The translations under genes and the position numbers were made by a program. The notes below the pieces were generated by a model, which made no database searches, was not told the DNA's origin, and saw only the letters and a list, made by a program, of their open reading frames with translations. Shown here in pieces: positions 16,997 to 27,299 of a stretch of 64,000 nt of DNA; within the stretch, counting starts at the first letter, position 1, and the number at the start of each line of letters is the position of its first letter. The stretch lies in assembly GCA_963666285.1 (NCBI GenBank), contig OY762711.1. The stretch is one strand, 5' to 3'. This DNA comes from Sedimentisphaerales bacterium (lineage in GTDB: Bacteria > Planctomycetota > Phycisphaerae > Sedimentisphaerales > SM23-30).

Positions 16997-19699
16997 ATGA
17001 ATTATTTACTACTACAAATTCGAGTATGTTTATTATTGATTGTTTTTTCAGTCTACTTCAGCAGTTATATTTTTGCTGTATCAGAGGGTGAAAAAATATA
17101 TCTTGATCCGTCGTATAGTTTCGAAGTCAGGGCAGATGACCTTGTAAGCCGGATGACACTTGAAGAAAAGATTTCTCAGTTAGGTGATCGGTCCTCAGGG
17201 ATAGAGAGACTTGGCATTCTCCCTTATAACTGGTGGAATGAATGTTTGCATGGGGTTGCCCGTGCAGGTGTTGCAACTGTTTTTCCCCAGCCGATTGGTA
17301 TGGCGGCATCATTTGATAGGGAATTGATGTATGAAACAGCTTGTGCTATTAGTGATGAGGCAAGGGCCAAGCATCACGAGGCGATAAGAAACGAGGATTA
17401 CAGACGTTATCGGGGGCTAACCTACTGGTCACCAAATATAAATATTTTACGTGATCCTAGATGGGGGCGTGGCCATGAAACTTATGGTGAAGATCCTTAT
17501 CTTACCGGGCAATTGGGGATTCAATTTGTGCGTGGTTTGCAGGGGGATAACCCCAGGTATCTAAAACTTGTAGCTACTGCCAAACATTTTGCGGTTCATA
17601 GCGGTCCTGAACCTGGGAGAAATGCTTTCAATGTTGTGCCAAACGCACGAGATCTTTGGGAGACATATCTGCCGGCTTTTTATGATTTGGTTGTAACAGG
17701 TAAAGTATATTCTGTAATGGGGGCGTATAATAGAATTGATGGTGAGGCTGCTTCTGCCAGTTGGATGCTGCTAGAGGATATTTTGCGTAATCGTTGGAAT
17801 TTTGATGGTTATGTTGTCTCTGATTGTGGTGCGATACATAATATTTTTGCATATCATAACATTGTTGATACAGCAGAGGAAGCAGCAGCTATAGGGATTA
17901 GAAGAGGTTGTGATCTTGACTGTGGTAGTGTCTATTTGGAATTTCTTTTGGAATCAGTTAAAGAAGGATTAATTGGAGAGGATGAAATTGATCTTGCTGT
18001 ATATAGACTTATGCTGGCGCGTATGAAGTTGGGCATGTTTGATCCGCCCGAAATGGTGCCATATGCACAAATTCCTTATGAGGTCAATGACTGCCAAAAA
18101 CATAGTGATCTAGCATTGGAAATGGCACAAAAGTCGATGGTCTTGTTAAAAAATGACGGGTTGCTGCCTTTTGATTGTAGTAAACTAAAGACAATTGCTG
18201 TTGTGGGGCCGAATGCTGATAGTGTGGCTGCATTACGTGGTAATTATTATGGAACTGCTCCAAATCCTGTAACAGTATTGGAAGGTATTCGACATGCAGT
18301 TGGCAGCAATGTTGAAGTTTTATATTCTGAAGGTTGTTCGTTAGTAGAAAACAGTGAAAAAATTATTAGTTCGACTTATTTATCTACTATCGATCAGAAC
18401 GGTCAGGAGGTCGAGGGATTAATGGGGCAGTATTTTAGAGGGATAGAACTACAGGGGCAGCCGGTATTGACCAGGGTTGACCGCAAAATTCAGATGGATT
18501 GGGGGGTGAATTCACCAACTGAGACAGAAGTAGCTCAGGGTATCCTTACTAATGAACAGGGACTTGGTGGCGATAATTTCTCTGCTCGCTGGACAGGTAA
18601 GCTGCTGGCACCTGTTACCGGTACTTATAAAATAGGACTTGTAGCTGATGATGGATGCAGGTTGTTTATAAATGGTAAAAAGATTGCAGAAGGCTGGTAT
18701 GGCCATGGCATGGAAGAATTTTCTGCTAATATGGATTTTGTGCAGGGCAAGTATTATGATATAAAAATAGAATACTATGAGGGCATTCTTGGTGCCGGTA
18801 TTCAATTGATTTGGGAGCTTCCAAAGACTAAGGACGGAGTTGGTGGCAGAATTTTAGCAAAGACCATTGATGATGTACAAAAATCTGATGTTGCCATTTT
18901 TGTAGGTGGACTTGATGCTGAATGGGAAGGCGAAGAAATGAAAGATAAAACTGAAGTCGAAGGGTTTGATCTTGGCGACAGGACTAATCTCGAATTGCCT
19001 ATGGTTCAGATAGAAACAATTAAAGCATTGCAGCAGACCGGAACCCCTGTTGTATTTGTTTTGTTAGCCGGGGGTTCGATAGCATTTGATGAAATCATGG
19101 ATGATTTGCCGGCGATATTGATGGGATGGTATCCCGGCCAGCGTGGCGGTGATGCAGTTGCTGACGTGTTGTTTGGCGATTATAACCCGTCTGGAAGGTT
19201 ACCGGTTACTTTCTACTCTTCAACTGCTGATTTAGGTGATTTTAAGGATTATAATATGAGTTCCGGTAATGGCAGAACCTATAGGTATTATCAGGGTAGT
19301 CCGTTATATCCGTTTGGTTATGGCTTGAGTTATACCAGTTTTGCTTATTCTGATATTGTTATTGATAGAGATATTATTTCGGTGAATGATACTGTTACCG
19401 TGTCAGTGAAAGTTAAAAATACTGGTAGCAGAACGGGAGATGAGGTTGTTCAGCTTTATGTCAGGGATATTGAATCTACCATGCCTATGCCTGTCAAGCA
19501 GCTGCGAGGTTTCGAGATGGTAAATCTAAAACCAGGTGAGCAAAAAGAAGTTACATTTGAATTAAAACCTTCTGTTGATATGCGATATTATAATGCCAGG
19601 AAAAAGGATTATGATGTTGAGCCAGGCGATTTTGAGATTCAAATCGGCTCGTCGAGCAGCCACATTCATCAAAAAGGTGTAATTACGGTTCAGGATTAA
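16997..19699 (+). CDS. GH3 beta-glucosidase/beta-xylosidase with PA14 insert and FN3-like domain
   Basis: WWNECLHG, RDPRWGRGHETYGEDP, AKHFA, VSDCGA, PA14 motif NFSARWTG...DDGCRL, YPFGYGLSYT, EVVQLY. Probable ATG at 16997. Confidence 0.93.
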   Translation: MNYLLLQIRVCLLLIVFSVYFSSYIFAVSEGEKIYLDPSYSFEVRADDLVSRMTLEEKISQLGDRSSGIERLGILPYNWWNECLHGVARAGVATVFPQPIGMAASFDRELMYETACAISDEARAKHHEAIRNEDYRRYRGLTYWSPNINILRDPRWGRGHETYGEDPYLTGQLGIQFVRGLQGDNPRYLKLVATAKHFAVHSGPEPGRNAFNVVPNARDLWETYLPAFYDLVVTGKVYSVMGAYNRIDGEAASASWMLLEDILRNRWNFDGYVVSDCGAIHNIFAYHNIVDTAEEAAAIGIRRGCDLDCGSVYLEFLLESVKEGLIGEDEIDLAVYRLMLARMKLGMFDPPEMVPYAQIPYEVNDCQKHSDLALEMAQKSMVLLKNDGLLPFDCSKLKTIAVVGPNADSVAALRGNYYGTAPNPVTVLEGIRHAVGSNVEVLYSEGCSLVENSEKIISSTYLSTIDQNGQEVEGLMGQYFRGIELQGQPVLTRVDRKIQMDWGVNSPTETEVAQGILTNEQGLGGDNFSARWTGKLLAPVTGTYKIGLVADDGCRLFINGKKIAEGWYGHGMEEFSANMDFVQGKYYDIKIEYYEGILGAGIQLIWELPKTKDGVGGRILAKTIDDVQKSDVAIFVGGLDAEWEGEEMKDKTEVEGFDLGDRTNLELPMVQIETIKALQQTGTPVVFVLLAGGSIAFDEIMDDLPAILMGWYPGQRGGDAVADVLFGDYNPSGRLPVTFYSSTADLGDFKDYNMSSGNGRTYRYYQGSPLYPFGYGLSYTSFAYSDIVIDRDIISVNDTVTVSVKVKNTGSRTGDEVVQLYVRDIESTMPMPVKQLRGFEMVNLKPGEQKEVTFELKPSVDMRYYNARKKDYDVEPGDFEIQIGSSSSHIHQKGVITVQD

Positions 19700-19719
19700 T
19701 TGTGTTTTTGGAGTTTATT

Positions 19720-22476
19720 ATGAAATATAAATACCTATTATTGATAGTATTGTTTTTTGCTATGTGTACTAATACAATTGTGTATGCAGTAGCAGACAGC
19801 TCTATGTCAGCAGAGGAATTAAGATGTGAGTACAGGGTTAATCCCGAAGGTATAGATGTTATGTCTCCTCGACTTAGCTGGCAGGTAGTTTCAAGTCAAA
19901 GATGTCAAATGCAAACTGCCTATCAAATTATCGTATCTTCCGGTATCAATGATTTGGATGCATGTATTGGCGATCTTTGGGATACCGGCAAGGTAGTTTC
20001 TGATAATACTTTGCATATAGAGTATAATGGCCTTTCCTTGTCTTCTTACCAACAGTGTTGGTGGAAAGTAAGAGTATGGGATAAAGATGGTCAGGTATCT
20101 GCCTGGAGTAATGCAGGGTACTGGTCAATGGGTATTCTTTCAGAGGACGAATGGAAAGGGCAATGGCTGGGATACGTTCAGTCATATGATGGAAAAGATA
20201 TTGATATTAAAGGATCGTGGAGACAGCAAGCTCCATCTCCAGTTTTTCGCAAGGAATTTCCTGTTACAAAACAGGTTAAGCGTGCTTCGCTGTATATTTG
20301 CGGTCTGGGCTATCATGAAGCGTATATTAATGGATTAAAAGTCGGAGATCATACCCTTGACCCTGCTTTTACCAGGTATGATTACAGCTGTTTGTATGTG
20401 ACTCACGATGTTACCAGTCAACTGATCAAAGGTGATAATGCAATCGGTGTTATGCTTGGTAATGGGTGGTTTAATGTGTTTTCTGATGCTGCCTGGGATT
20501 TTAATGAGGCTCCCTGGCGTGGTAAGCCCAGAATGTTGGCTCAGATTTTGATTGAGTACGCAGATGGAACATCGGAAATTATTGCCAGTAATAATACCTG
20601 GAAGGCTGCGACCGGTCCTGTATTTATGGATGGTATTCGCCAGGGTGAATATTATGATGCCTGCAGAGAGATGCCCGGGTGGACCAATTCCGGTTTTGAT
20701 GATAGCGGTTGGCATAAGCCCGAGATTATGACCGCTCCCGGAGGTAAGTTGCACGCACAAATGGTAGCTCCAGTCAGGGTAACTAAATCAATTAAACCTG
20801 TAACTCTGACAGAACCTGAAAGTGGTGTATATGTCTTCGATTTAGGACAAAATATTGCAGGCAGAGCTCAATTGAAAGTTTCTGGGCCGGCAGGCACAAA
20901 AGTTCAGATGCGATATAGCGAGGTTCTTGACAAGAGCGGTAGGGCCGACCAGACTGCAATTAAAAAGCATAATTATGATGATGTTTTTCAAACCGATACA
21001 TATATTTTGAAAGGAGATGGTGTAGAAACATGGGAACCCAGGTTTGTTTACCATGGATTTCGATATATTGAAGTGACGGGTTTACCTGAATGCCCGGCAT
21101 TGGATACGGTAATTGGCAGATTTGTACATACCGATTTTGCAAAGACTGGTCAGTTTAACTGTTCTAATGAGGTTATAAATAAAATGCAGAGCTGCATACT
21201 TTGGGCGTATTGCAGTAATTTTGTAGGCTATCCAACCGATTGCCCGCAGCGGGAAAAGAATGGATGGACCGGAGACGCTCATCTTGCCGCTGAACAGGCG
21301 ATGTACAACTGGGCTAATGGCAGTGGGTATACAAAATGGCTTTTAGATATGAAAGAGGCTCAATTGGATTCTGGAGAATTTCCAGGTATTGTTCCCTCCG
21401 GCGGCTGGGGATATAATGATGGTGAACACGGTCCGGGTTGGGATAGTGCGTATTTCATTATTCCATGGTTTATGTATTGTTATTATGGCGATATCAGAAT
21501 ACTGGAAACTCATTATGAGGGATTTAAACGCTATCTTGAGTACGCCGGACAAAAGACCAAAGACAATATTGCCTCTTTTGGATTAGGCGACTGGGTTCCG
21601 GCTAAAACACATACATTGAATAATGTTACCTCGACTGCATTCTATTATATGGATACAGTTATCACAGCAAAAGCTGCAAAATTGCTTGGATATGATTCTG
21701 ATGCCGAAAAATACACTAGGAAAGCTGAAGAGATAAAGCAATCTTATAATGATTATTTCTATAAAGGTCAGGGGATTTATGCTAACGGTAGCCAAACAGC
21801 ATTGAGTTTCCCTGTGTATAGCGGTTTAGTACCTGTCGATAGAATACAATCGGTTATGGATGCACTTATTTGCAATATTAAGTCTCAGGAAAATCATGTT
21901 GATACTGGTATTTTGGGAGCAAAAGCCATCTACAATGTTTTATCAGAAAATGGGTATCACAACCTTGCATATAAGATGGTGTTAAACCCGACAAAACCAT
22001 CTTATGCGGATTGGATCAATCAGGGGTGTACTACTTTTTGGGAATCATGGGATGGCACAGCTTCTCGAAACCATATCATGTTCGGTGATATTGGAGCGTG
22101 GTTTTATAAAAATATTGCTGGTATTTGCCTGGATCCGATTTCGGCTGACAGTATAGCATTCAAGCAATTTATTTTACGACCGAGACTTACTGATGGTATG
22201 ACTTGGACAAATGCTGCTTACAATTCGGTTCGTGGCAAAATTGTCAGTAATTGGGTCACTGAGAATACTACGTTTAACTGGAATATTCAAATTCCCGCTA
22301 ATACTACTGCTACTGTATTTGTTCCTTCAAGTGATGCTGAAACTGTTATGGAATCTGGAATTTCAGCCGGAAGTGCGGAGGGCGTATCATATGTGGATTA
22401 CAGTAATGGATATTCTATTTATTTGGTAGGTTCAGGTAATTATAAATTTATTTCCAAAATCTCGTTAAATCAGTAA
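19720..22476 (+). CDS. GH78 alpha-L-rhamnosidase, secreted
   Basis: LRCEY..NP.GID...PRLSW, GLGYHE, FDLGQNIAG, YHGFRY, PTDCPQREKNGWTGD, TTFWESW, SRNHIMFG; ATG at 19720 after GGAG. Confidence 0.92.
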   Translation: MKYKYLLLIVLFFAMCTNTIVYAVADSSMSAEELRCEYRVNPEGIDVMSPRLSWQVVSSQRCQMQTAYQIIVSSGINDLDACIGDLWDTGKVVSDNTLHIEYNGLSLSSYQQCWWKVRVWDKDGQVSAWSNAGYWSMGILSEDEWKGQWLGYVQSYDGKDIDIKGSWRQQAPSPVFRKEFPVTKQVKRASLYICGLGYHEAYINGLKVGDHTLDPAFTRYDYSCLYVTHDVTSQLIKGDNAIGVMLGNGWFNVFSDAAWDFNEAPWRGKPRMLAQILIEYADGTSEIIASNNTWKAATGPVFMDGIRQGEYYDACREMPGWTNSGFDDSGWHKPEIMTAPGGKLHAQMVAPVRVTKSIKPVTLTEPESGVYVFDLGQNIAGRAQLKVSGPAGTKVQMRYSEVLDKSGRADQTAIKKHNYDDVFQTDTYILKGDGVETWEPRFVYHGFRYIEVTGLPECPALDTVIGRFVHTDFAKTGQFNCSNEVINKMQSCILWAYCSNFVGYPTDCPQREKNGWTGDAHLAAEQAMYNWANGSGYTKWLLDMKEAQLDSGEFPGIVPSGGWGYNDGEHGPGWDSAYFIIPWFMYCYYGDIRILETHYEGFKRYLEYAGQKTKDNIASFGLGDWVPAKTHTLNNVTSTAFYYMDTVITAKAAKLLGYDSDAEKYTRKAEEIKQSYNDYFYKGQGIYANGSQTALSFPVYSGLVPVDRIQSVMDALICNIKSQENHVDTGILGAKAIYNVLSENGYHNLAYKMVLNPTKPSYADWINQGCTTFWESWDGTASRNHIMFGDIGAWFYKNIAGICLDPISADSIAFKQFILRPRLTDGMTWTNAAYNSVRGKIVSNWVTENTTFNWNIQIPANTTATVFVPSSDAETVMESGISAGSAEGVSYVDYSNGYSIYLVGSGNYKFISKISLNQ

Positions 22477-22551
22477 TAGCACTTTTAACTTAATGAATCA
22501 TATTATTTTTCATAATCGAGAAAAATATGAAAAAATAGGAGAACGCAAGTA

Positions 22552-24219
22552 ATGAAATATATGTTTGATATGGTACACCATAATCCTGGAGAAAAGCTAA
22601 TTGAATCTTCTTTTAGTAACCCAAAGAAACTGAAATCTTTAGGTTATAACGGCCAGGTATTTAAACATATTGATAATGTTGCGACATATAGAAATTCTGG
22701 GCATGATATTTGGCCGGAAGGATCGGAGCAGGAGAAATGGCTGAAAGCCGCTTCTCAAAAAATGGTAGTTGAGATTCTTAAAGCCAAAGCAGAGGGGTTG
22801 GATGTTTTTTATCATATCGACTTATTTGTATTTCCACAAAAGCTGGTGGAAATATTTCATGACGAGATCTGCGGGGAAGATGGGAGAATATCTATTGATA
22901 AGCCAAAAACTCTTGAATTATGCAGGATAATGCTTGATGAGATAATTAATAGCTTCCCTGAGATTGATGGATTTATTATTAGAGTTGGTGAGACATATTT
23001 ATATGATGCCCCTTATCATGTAGGTAACGGAGCTGTATCCTATGATTCTGCTGAGGGGGGCCAAGTAGAAAAGCAGCAGTTTGTTAGGCTTATCAACTTT
23101 TTGAGGAAAGAAATATGTGTTAAGCATAGCAAATGTTTGTTTTTCAGGACATGGGATTGTTTTCCTGATAAGTTTCATGCTGATCTGGGCTATTATCTGG
23201 ATATAACTAATGAAGTCAGCCCGCATGAAAAGTTGTTTTTCTCCATTAAGCATACCAAGCTGGATTTTTGGAGGTATGTAGAGTTCAATCCATGTATAGC
23301 TCAAGGCAGTCATCAACAGGTTATAGAAATTCAATGCCAGAGAGAGTATGAAGGTAAAGGAGCATATCCTTCTTATGCAATGAGTGGTGTTATTGACGGA
23401 TTTGATGAATTTAAAAATAAAAAAGGTCTAAAAGATGTATTGAACCATCCTAATGTAAAGGGGATATATACCTGGTCAAGAGGGGGCGGATGGTACGGAC
23501 CTTATATAAAAAATGAATTCTGGCCTGAGTTAAACTTATCTGTTATAGCTTCCTATTATGCAAAGTCAGGCTTGTCTGAACCTGAAGTATTTATTGAATA
23601 TTGTGTTAAGACTTTGGGATTGGATTTGGAATCAGCCCTAAAATTCCGTAGAATCTGTGAGTTATCATCTCAGGTTGTTCTAAAGGGGCGATATTGTGGG
23701 CCGTATGACAAGATGCTTGATGGGAAACTCATGCCTTGTTGTAACTGGATGAGAGATAACAGGCTAGGTGGTTATAGTGAACTTAACGACTTATTTGAAT
23801 GTCTCTATGAAGAGAATTTGTTTGATGAGGCTTTAGCTGAAAAAAAGGAAGCTATGGAATTATGTCTGGAAATCGAAGACATATTTAGCGAAATAAAATT
23901 TCCTGATGAGCTACTTTCTGATTTCATTCAAACTTCAATTGAATATGGAAAATATTTATTTGGAATAGTCTATTATGGCTGGAAAATTATGGTTGAAGGT
24001 TTCAAAAAGCAAAAAGGAGTACATGTTGATAAGGTAGTATTGGAGCAGGACTATCAAGTTTACCTTGATTTGTGGCAAAAATATAAAGAATTGCATGCAA
24101 ATTCTGATTCTTGTTCTTCTTTATATGAAGATGTCGCATTTCAGATGCCTGAAAAAGAAAGATCTCCCGGTATGGGGGAATCGGTTAAACAAGTTATGCA
24201 GAGTCTGAAAGATTGCTGA
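22552..24219 (+). CDS. Uncharacterised cytoplasmic protein; putative TIM-barrel glycoside hydrolase, distantly GH67-like
   Basis: 555-aa ORF with GGAG RBS inside a glycosidase cluster; PEIDGFIIRVGE, FFRTWD, SIKHT..DF, EIQCQREYEG. The CDS is secure; the function is inferred. Confidence 0.7.
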   Translation: MKYMFDMVHHNPGEKLIESSFSNPKKLKSLGYNGQVFKHIDNVATYRNSGHDIWPEGSEQEKWLKAASQKMVVEILKAKAEGLDVFYHIDLFVFPQKLVEIFHDEICGEDGRISIDKPKTLELCRIMLDEIINSFPEIDGFIIRVGETYLYDAPYHVGNGAVSYDSAEGGQVEKQQFVRLINFLRKEICVKHSKCLFFRTWDCFPDKFHADLGYYLDITNEVSPHEKLFFSIKHTKLDFWRYVEFNPCIAQGSHQQVIEIQCQREYEGKGAYPSYAMSGVIDGFDEFKNKKGLKDVLNHPNVKGIYTWSRGGGWYGPYIKNEFWPELNLSVIASYYAKSGLSEPEVFIEYCVKTLGLDLESALKFRRICELSSQVVLKGRYCGPYDKMLDGKLMPCCNWMRDNRLGGYSELNDLFECLYEENLFDEALAEKKEAMELCLEIEDIFSEIKFPDELLSDFIQTSIEYGKYLFGIVYYGWKIMVEGFKKQKGVHVDKVVLEQDYQVYLDLWQKYKELHANSDSCSSLYEDVAFQMPEKERSPGMGESVKQVMQSLKDC

Positions 24220-24262
24220 TATTTATTCTGTATTTTCTAGAGATAGTGTAAGGTGTATTTTT

Positions 24263-27200
24263 ATGTCATATTGCCATTTTAGTTACAAAGATGAATTTGA
24301 AAAACCTCGCAAAGAAATTGAAGGTGCGATATATACGCATGTTTCATTGCTTGATATAGTCGCTTGGGTCACTCCAGAGCCGGTTAGCTTTGCAGAAAGA
24401 ATGTCTGGAAAGAAACTCACTCTAAAGGAGAATGAAAAATGGGCCCAAAACGAGTTCGAGTGCGGCTGGTTTAACTTCAAGGGGAAAGTACCTTCTGAAT
24501 GTGAGGATAAGCATGTCGTTTTGCTTTTGGATGTAAATGGTGAGATGTGTGTCTTTGACACAAACGGCTCTCCGATAAGAGGGCTGACAAATGGTAGTTC
24601 CACATTTGAGTTTACATATGGTGAGCCTGGCAAAAGAGTTTTCCAGTTTACTGATCATTGCAAAGGTGGAGAGATAGTTGATATTTGGGCAGAGGCCGGA
24701 AGTAATGATCTATTCGGCAAGCTTTGTGGAGATTCAAAAGTTAAGGATGCAAAAATTGCTGTTTGTAATGACAATATGCGATGTTTATACTATGATTTTG
24801 AAGCTCTTTTAGAGATATTAAAGGTTTTGCCCGAAAAATCAGCTCGTTCTCATCAAATAAAAACAAAGTTGAGAGAAGTTTTACTATTATTAAATGAATA
24901 TACAGAACAAGATGCCATTAAATGTATTGAGGTGCTCAAGCCGTTATTTAATAGAAATGGCAGCAAATCGTCTCTTACTATCTCGGCAATTGGTCATGCT
25001 CATTTAGACATTGCCTGGCTTTGGCCTATTAGAGAGACTGTACGCAAGGGAGCCAGGACTTTTGCCACAGCATTAGATATGATGGATAGATACCCTGAAT
25101 ATGTTTTTGGAGCAAGCCAACCTCAATTATATGAATGGATAAAGACTGCTTATCCCAAATTGTATGACAGGATAAAGGGTAAAGTTCATGAAGGACGATG
25201 GGAAGTGCAGGGAGGGATGTGGGTTGAACCTGATACCAATGTCCCTTCGGGCGAATCCCTGGTAAGGCAAATATTATATGGCAAAAGATTTTACCGGGAG
25301 GAGTTTGGCGTTGATGTCAAAACTGTCTGGCTGCCAGATGTATTTGGTTATTCGGGCGCTTTACCTCAGATAATTCGTAAATCCCAGTGCAAATATTTTA
25401 TGACACAAAAGTTGTCATGGAATTCCATAAATAAATTTCCATACCATACTTTTATCTGGAAGGGTATTGACGGAAGTGAAGTTCTTGTTCACATGTTGCC
25501 GGAAGAAACATATAATAGCAGTGTCAAGCCGACGGCAGTTGTTGCTACAGAAGAAAACTTTAAGGAAAAAGCTGTTTCAGATAATTGTCTTATGCTTTTT
25601 GGCATAGGCAATGGTGGCGGCGGGCCCGGAGCCGAGCATTTGGAACGGATAAAAAGAGTGAATCGCTTTTCTGAGTTGCCTGAAGTAAAACAGGAAAAAA
25701 GTTCTGATTTCTTTGATCGAATTGCCGAAGATATTTCCTGTTATAAGCAATGGGCTGGGGAGTTATACCTTGAATGTCATAGAGGAACATACACCACACA
25801 GGCACATAGCAAGAGATATAATCGCAAGCTTGAGTTTGCTCTACGTGAGCTTGAAATGTTGTTAACATTTATTGATATTGATTCCGATGTTGGATATCCG
25901 AAATCTGATATAGAAAAGATTTGGAAAGAAGTACTTTTGTACCAGTTTCATGATATCTTGCCTGGAACTTCAATAAACAGAGTGTATGATGAGTCTTTAG
26001 CTCGGTATGAGATTCTGATGTTGAATGTTGAGCAGTTAATTGAGGAAGCTAAAAAGACTATGACAGAAAAATGTGATTCTGCAAGTCTTAAAGAACCTGG
26101 AATGGTTTTTAATTCTCTTTCCTGGTGTCGAAACGAATGGGTTAAAGCAGGGCAAAAGTGGTTTAGTGTAAAAGTTCCTGCATTGGGATACAGTTTACTT
26201 GATATGCAGGAATCAGAAGAGTGTGCCGAACAATTATTTGCTGACGAAGCCAGACTTGAGAATTCGTTAATACGTGTTATCTTTGACCAAAATGGAACTA
26301 TTAATTCTATTTATGACAAAGAATGTGAGCGTGAGATAATACCAGAAGGGGTGTCAGCTAATGTGCTGCGTGTATATCGTGATAAAGGAGATGCCTGGGA
26401 TATCTCGGTAGATTATGCAGATAAAATAATTGGAACTTTCAAATTGAGTTCAAGTGAAGCCTTTATTGATGGTCCTTGTGCAATATTAAGAAATGTCTAT
26501 AGTTTTAAGGATTCTAACCTGACCCAGGATGTTGTTGTTACTGCCGGAAGTAAAAGGATTGATTTTAGAACCTGGGTTGACTGGTATCAATCCGACCAGA
26601 TGCTGCGAACATCTTTTCCTGTTGATATACTGGCCACAGAAGCTACTTGTGATATCCAGTTTGGTAGTATAAAACGGCCTACCCATAAAAATACCAGTTG
26701 GGATTGGGCAAAATATGAAATTTGCGCACACAAATGGGTCGATATCTCTCAAAGAGATTATGGCGTTGCATTACTGAATGATTGTAAATATGGCTACAAG
26801 GTTTTTGGCAATATTCTGGACCTGAATCTCCTTAGAAGTACTAACTATCCCGGAACCTGCATTGATCGGGGGTATCATGATTTTACTTATTCATTGTTGC
26901 CGCATTCTGGCGACCATATTGTAGGTGGTGTTATTCGGGAGGGGTATAACCTGAATCAGCCTTTATCTATGTTGCCTGTAGCAAATAACAAATCCGGTGA
27001 TGAGTCTGGTAGCAGTTTTGTGCAGATTGATGAGGAGAATATCATAGTTGAAACTATAAAACAGGCAGAAGATTCAGATGGAATTATTGTCAGGCTTTAC
27101 GAGGCTCATGGAGCTTCTGTCAGGGCTGGATTGGAATTTTGCCATAGCTATAGTCTCATAAGTGAAGTAGACTTGATGGAAGAAAATCCAAAACAACTTG

Positions 27201-27271
27201 CTGTTGATAACAATTCTGTTGTAGTTGAATTTAAGCCGTATGAGATTAAAACATTACTTTTGAGTCGATAG
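24263..27271 (+). CDS. GH38 alpha-mannosidase (cytosolic Man2C1/Ams1-like branch)
   Basis: GHAHLDIAWLW, GGMWVEPD, WLPDVFGYS, GELYLECHRGTYT, QFHDILPG, LLNDCKYG. Confidence 0.93.
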   Translation: MSYCHFSYKDEFEKPRKEIEGAIYTHVSLLDIVAWVTPEPVSFAERMSGKKLTLKENEKWAQNEFECGWFNFKGKVPSECEDKHVVLLLDVNGEMCVFDTNGSPIRGLTNGSSTFEFTYGEPGKRVFQFTDHCKGGEIVDIWAEAGSNDLFGKLCGDSKVKDAKIAVCNDNMRCLYYDFEALLEILKVLPEKSARSHQIKTKLREVLLLLNEYTEQDAIKCIEVLKPLFNRNGSKSSLTISAIGHAHLDIAWLWPIRETVRKGARTFATALDMMDRYPEYVFGASQPQLYEWIKTAYPKLYDRIKGKVHEGRWEVQGGMWVEPDTNVPSGESLVRQILYGKRFYREEFGVDVKTVWLPDVFGYSGALPQIIRKSQCKYFMTQKLSWNSINKFPYHTFIWKGIDGSEVLVHMLPEETYNSSVKPTAVVATEENFKEKAVSDNCLMLFGIGNGGGGPGAEHLERIKRVNRFSELPEVKQEKSSDFFDRIAEDISCYKQWAGELYLECHRGTYTTQAHSKRYNRKLEFALRELEMLLTFIDIDSDVGYPKSDIEKIWKEVLLYQFHDILPGTSINRVYDESLARYEILMLNVEQLIEEAKKTMTEKCDSASLKEPGMVFNSLSWCRNEWVKAGQKWFSVKVPALGYSLLDMQESEECAEQLFADEARLENSLIRVIFDQNGTINSIYDKECEREIIPEGVSANVLRVYRDKGDAWDISVDYADKIIGTFKLSSSEAFIDGPCAILRNVYSFKDSNLTQDVVVTAGSKRIDFRTWVDWYQSDQMLRTSFPVDILATEATCDIQFGSIKRPTHKNTSWDWAKYEICAHKWVDISQRDYGVALLNDCKYGYKVFGNILDLNLLRSTNYPGTCIDRGYHDFTYSLLPHSGDHIVGGVIREGYNLNQPLSMLPVANNKSGDESGSSFVQIDEENIIVETIKQAEDSDGIIVRLYEAHGASVRAGLEFCHSYSLISEVDLMEENPKQLAVDNNSVVVEFKPYEIKTLLLSR

Positions 27272-27299
27272 TTATAGTTTGGAACTTTAACGAACGGAT

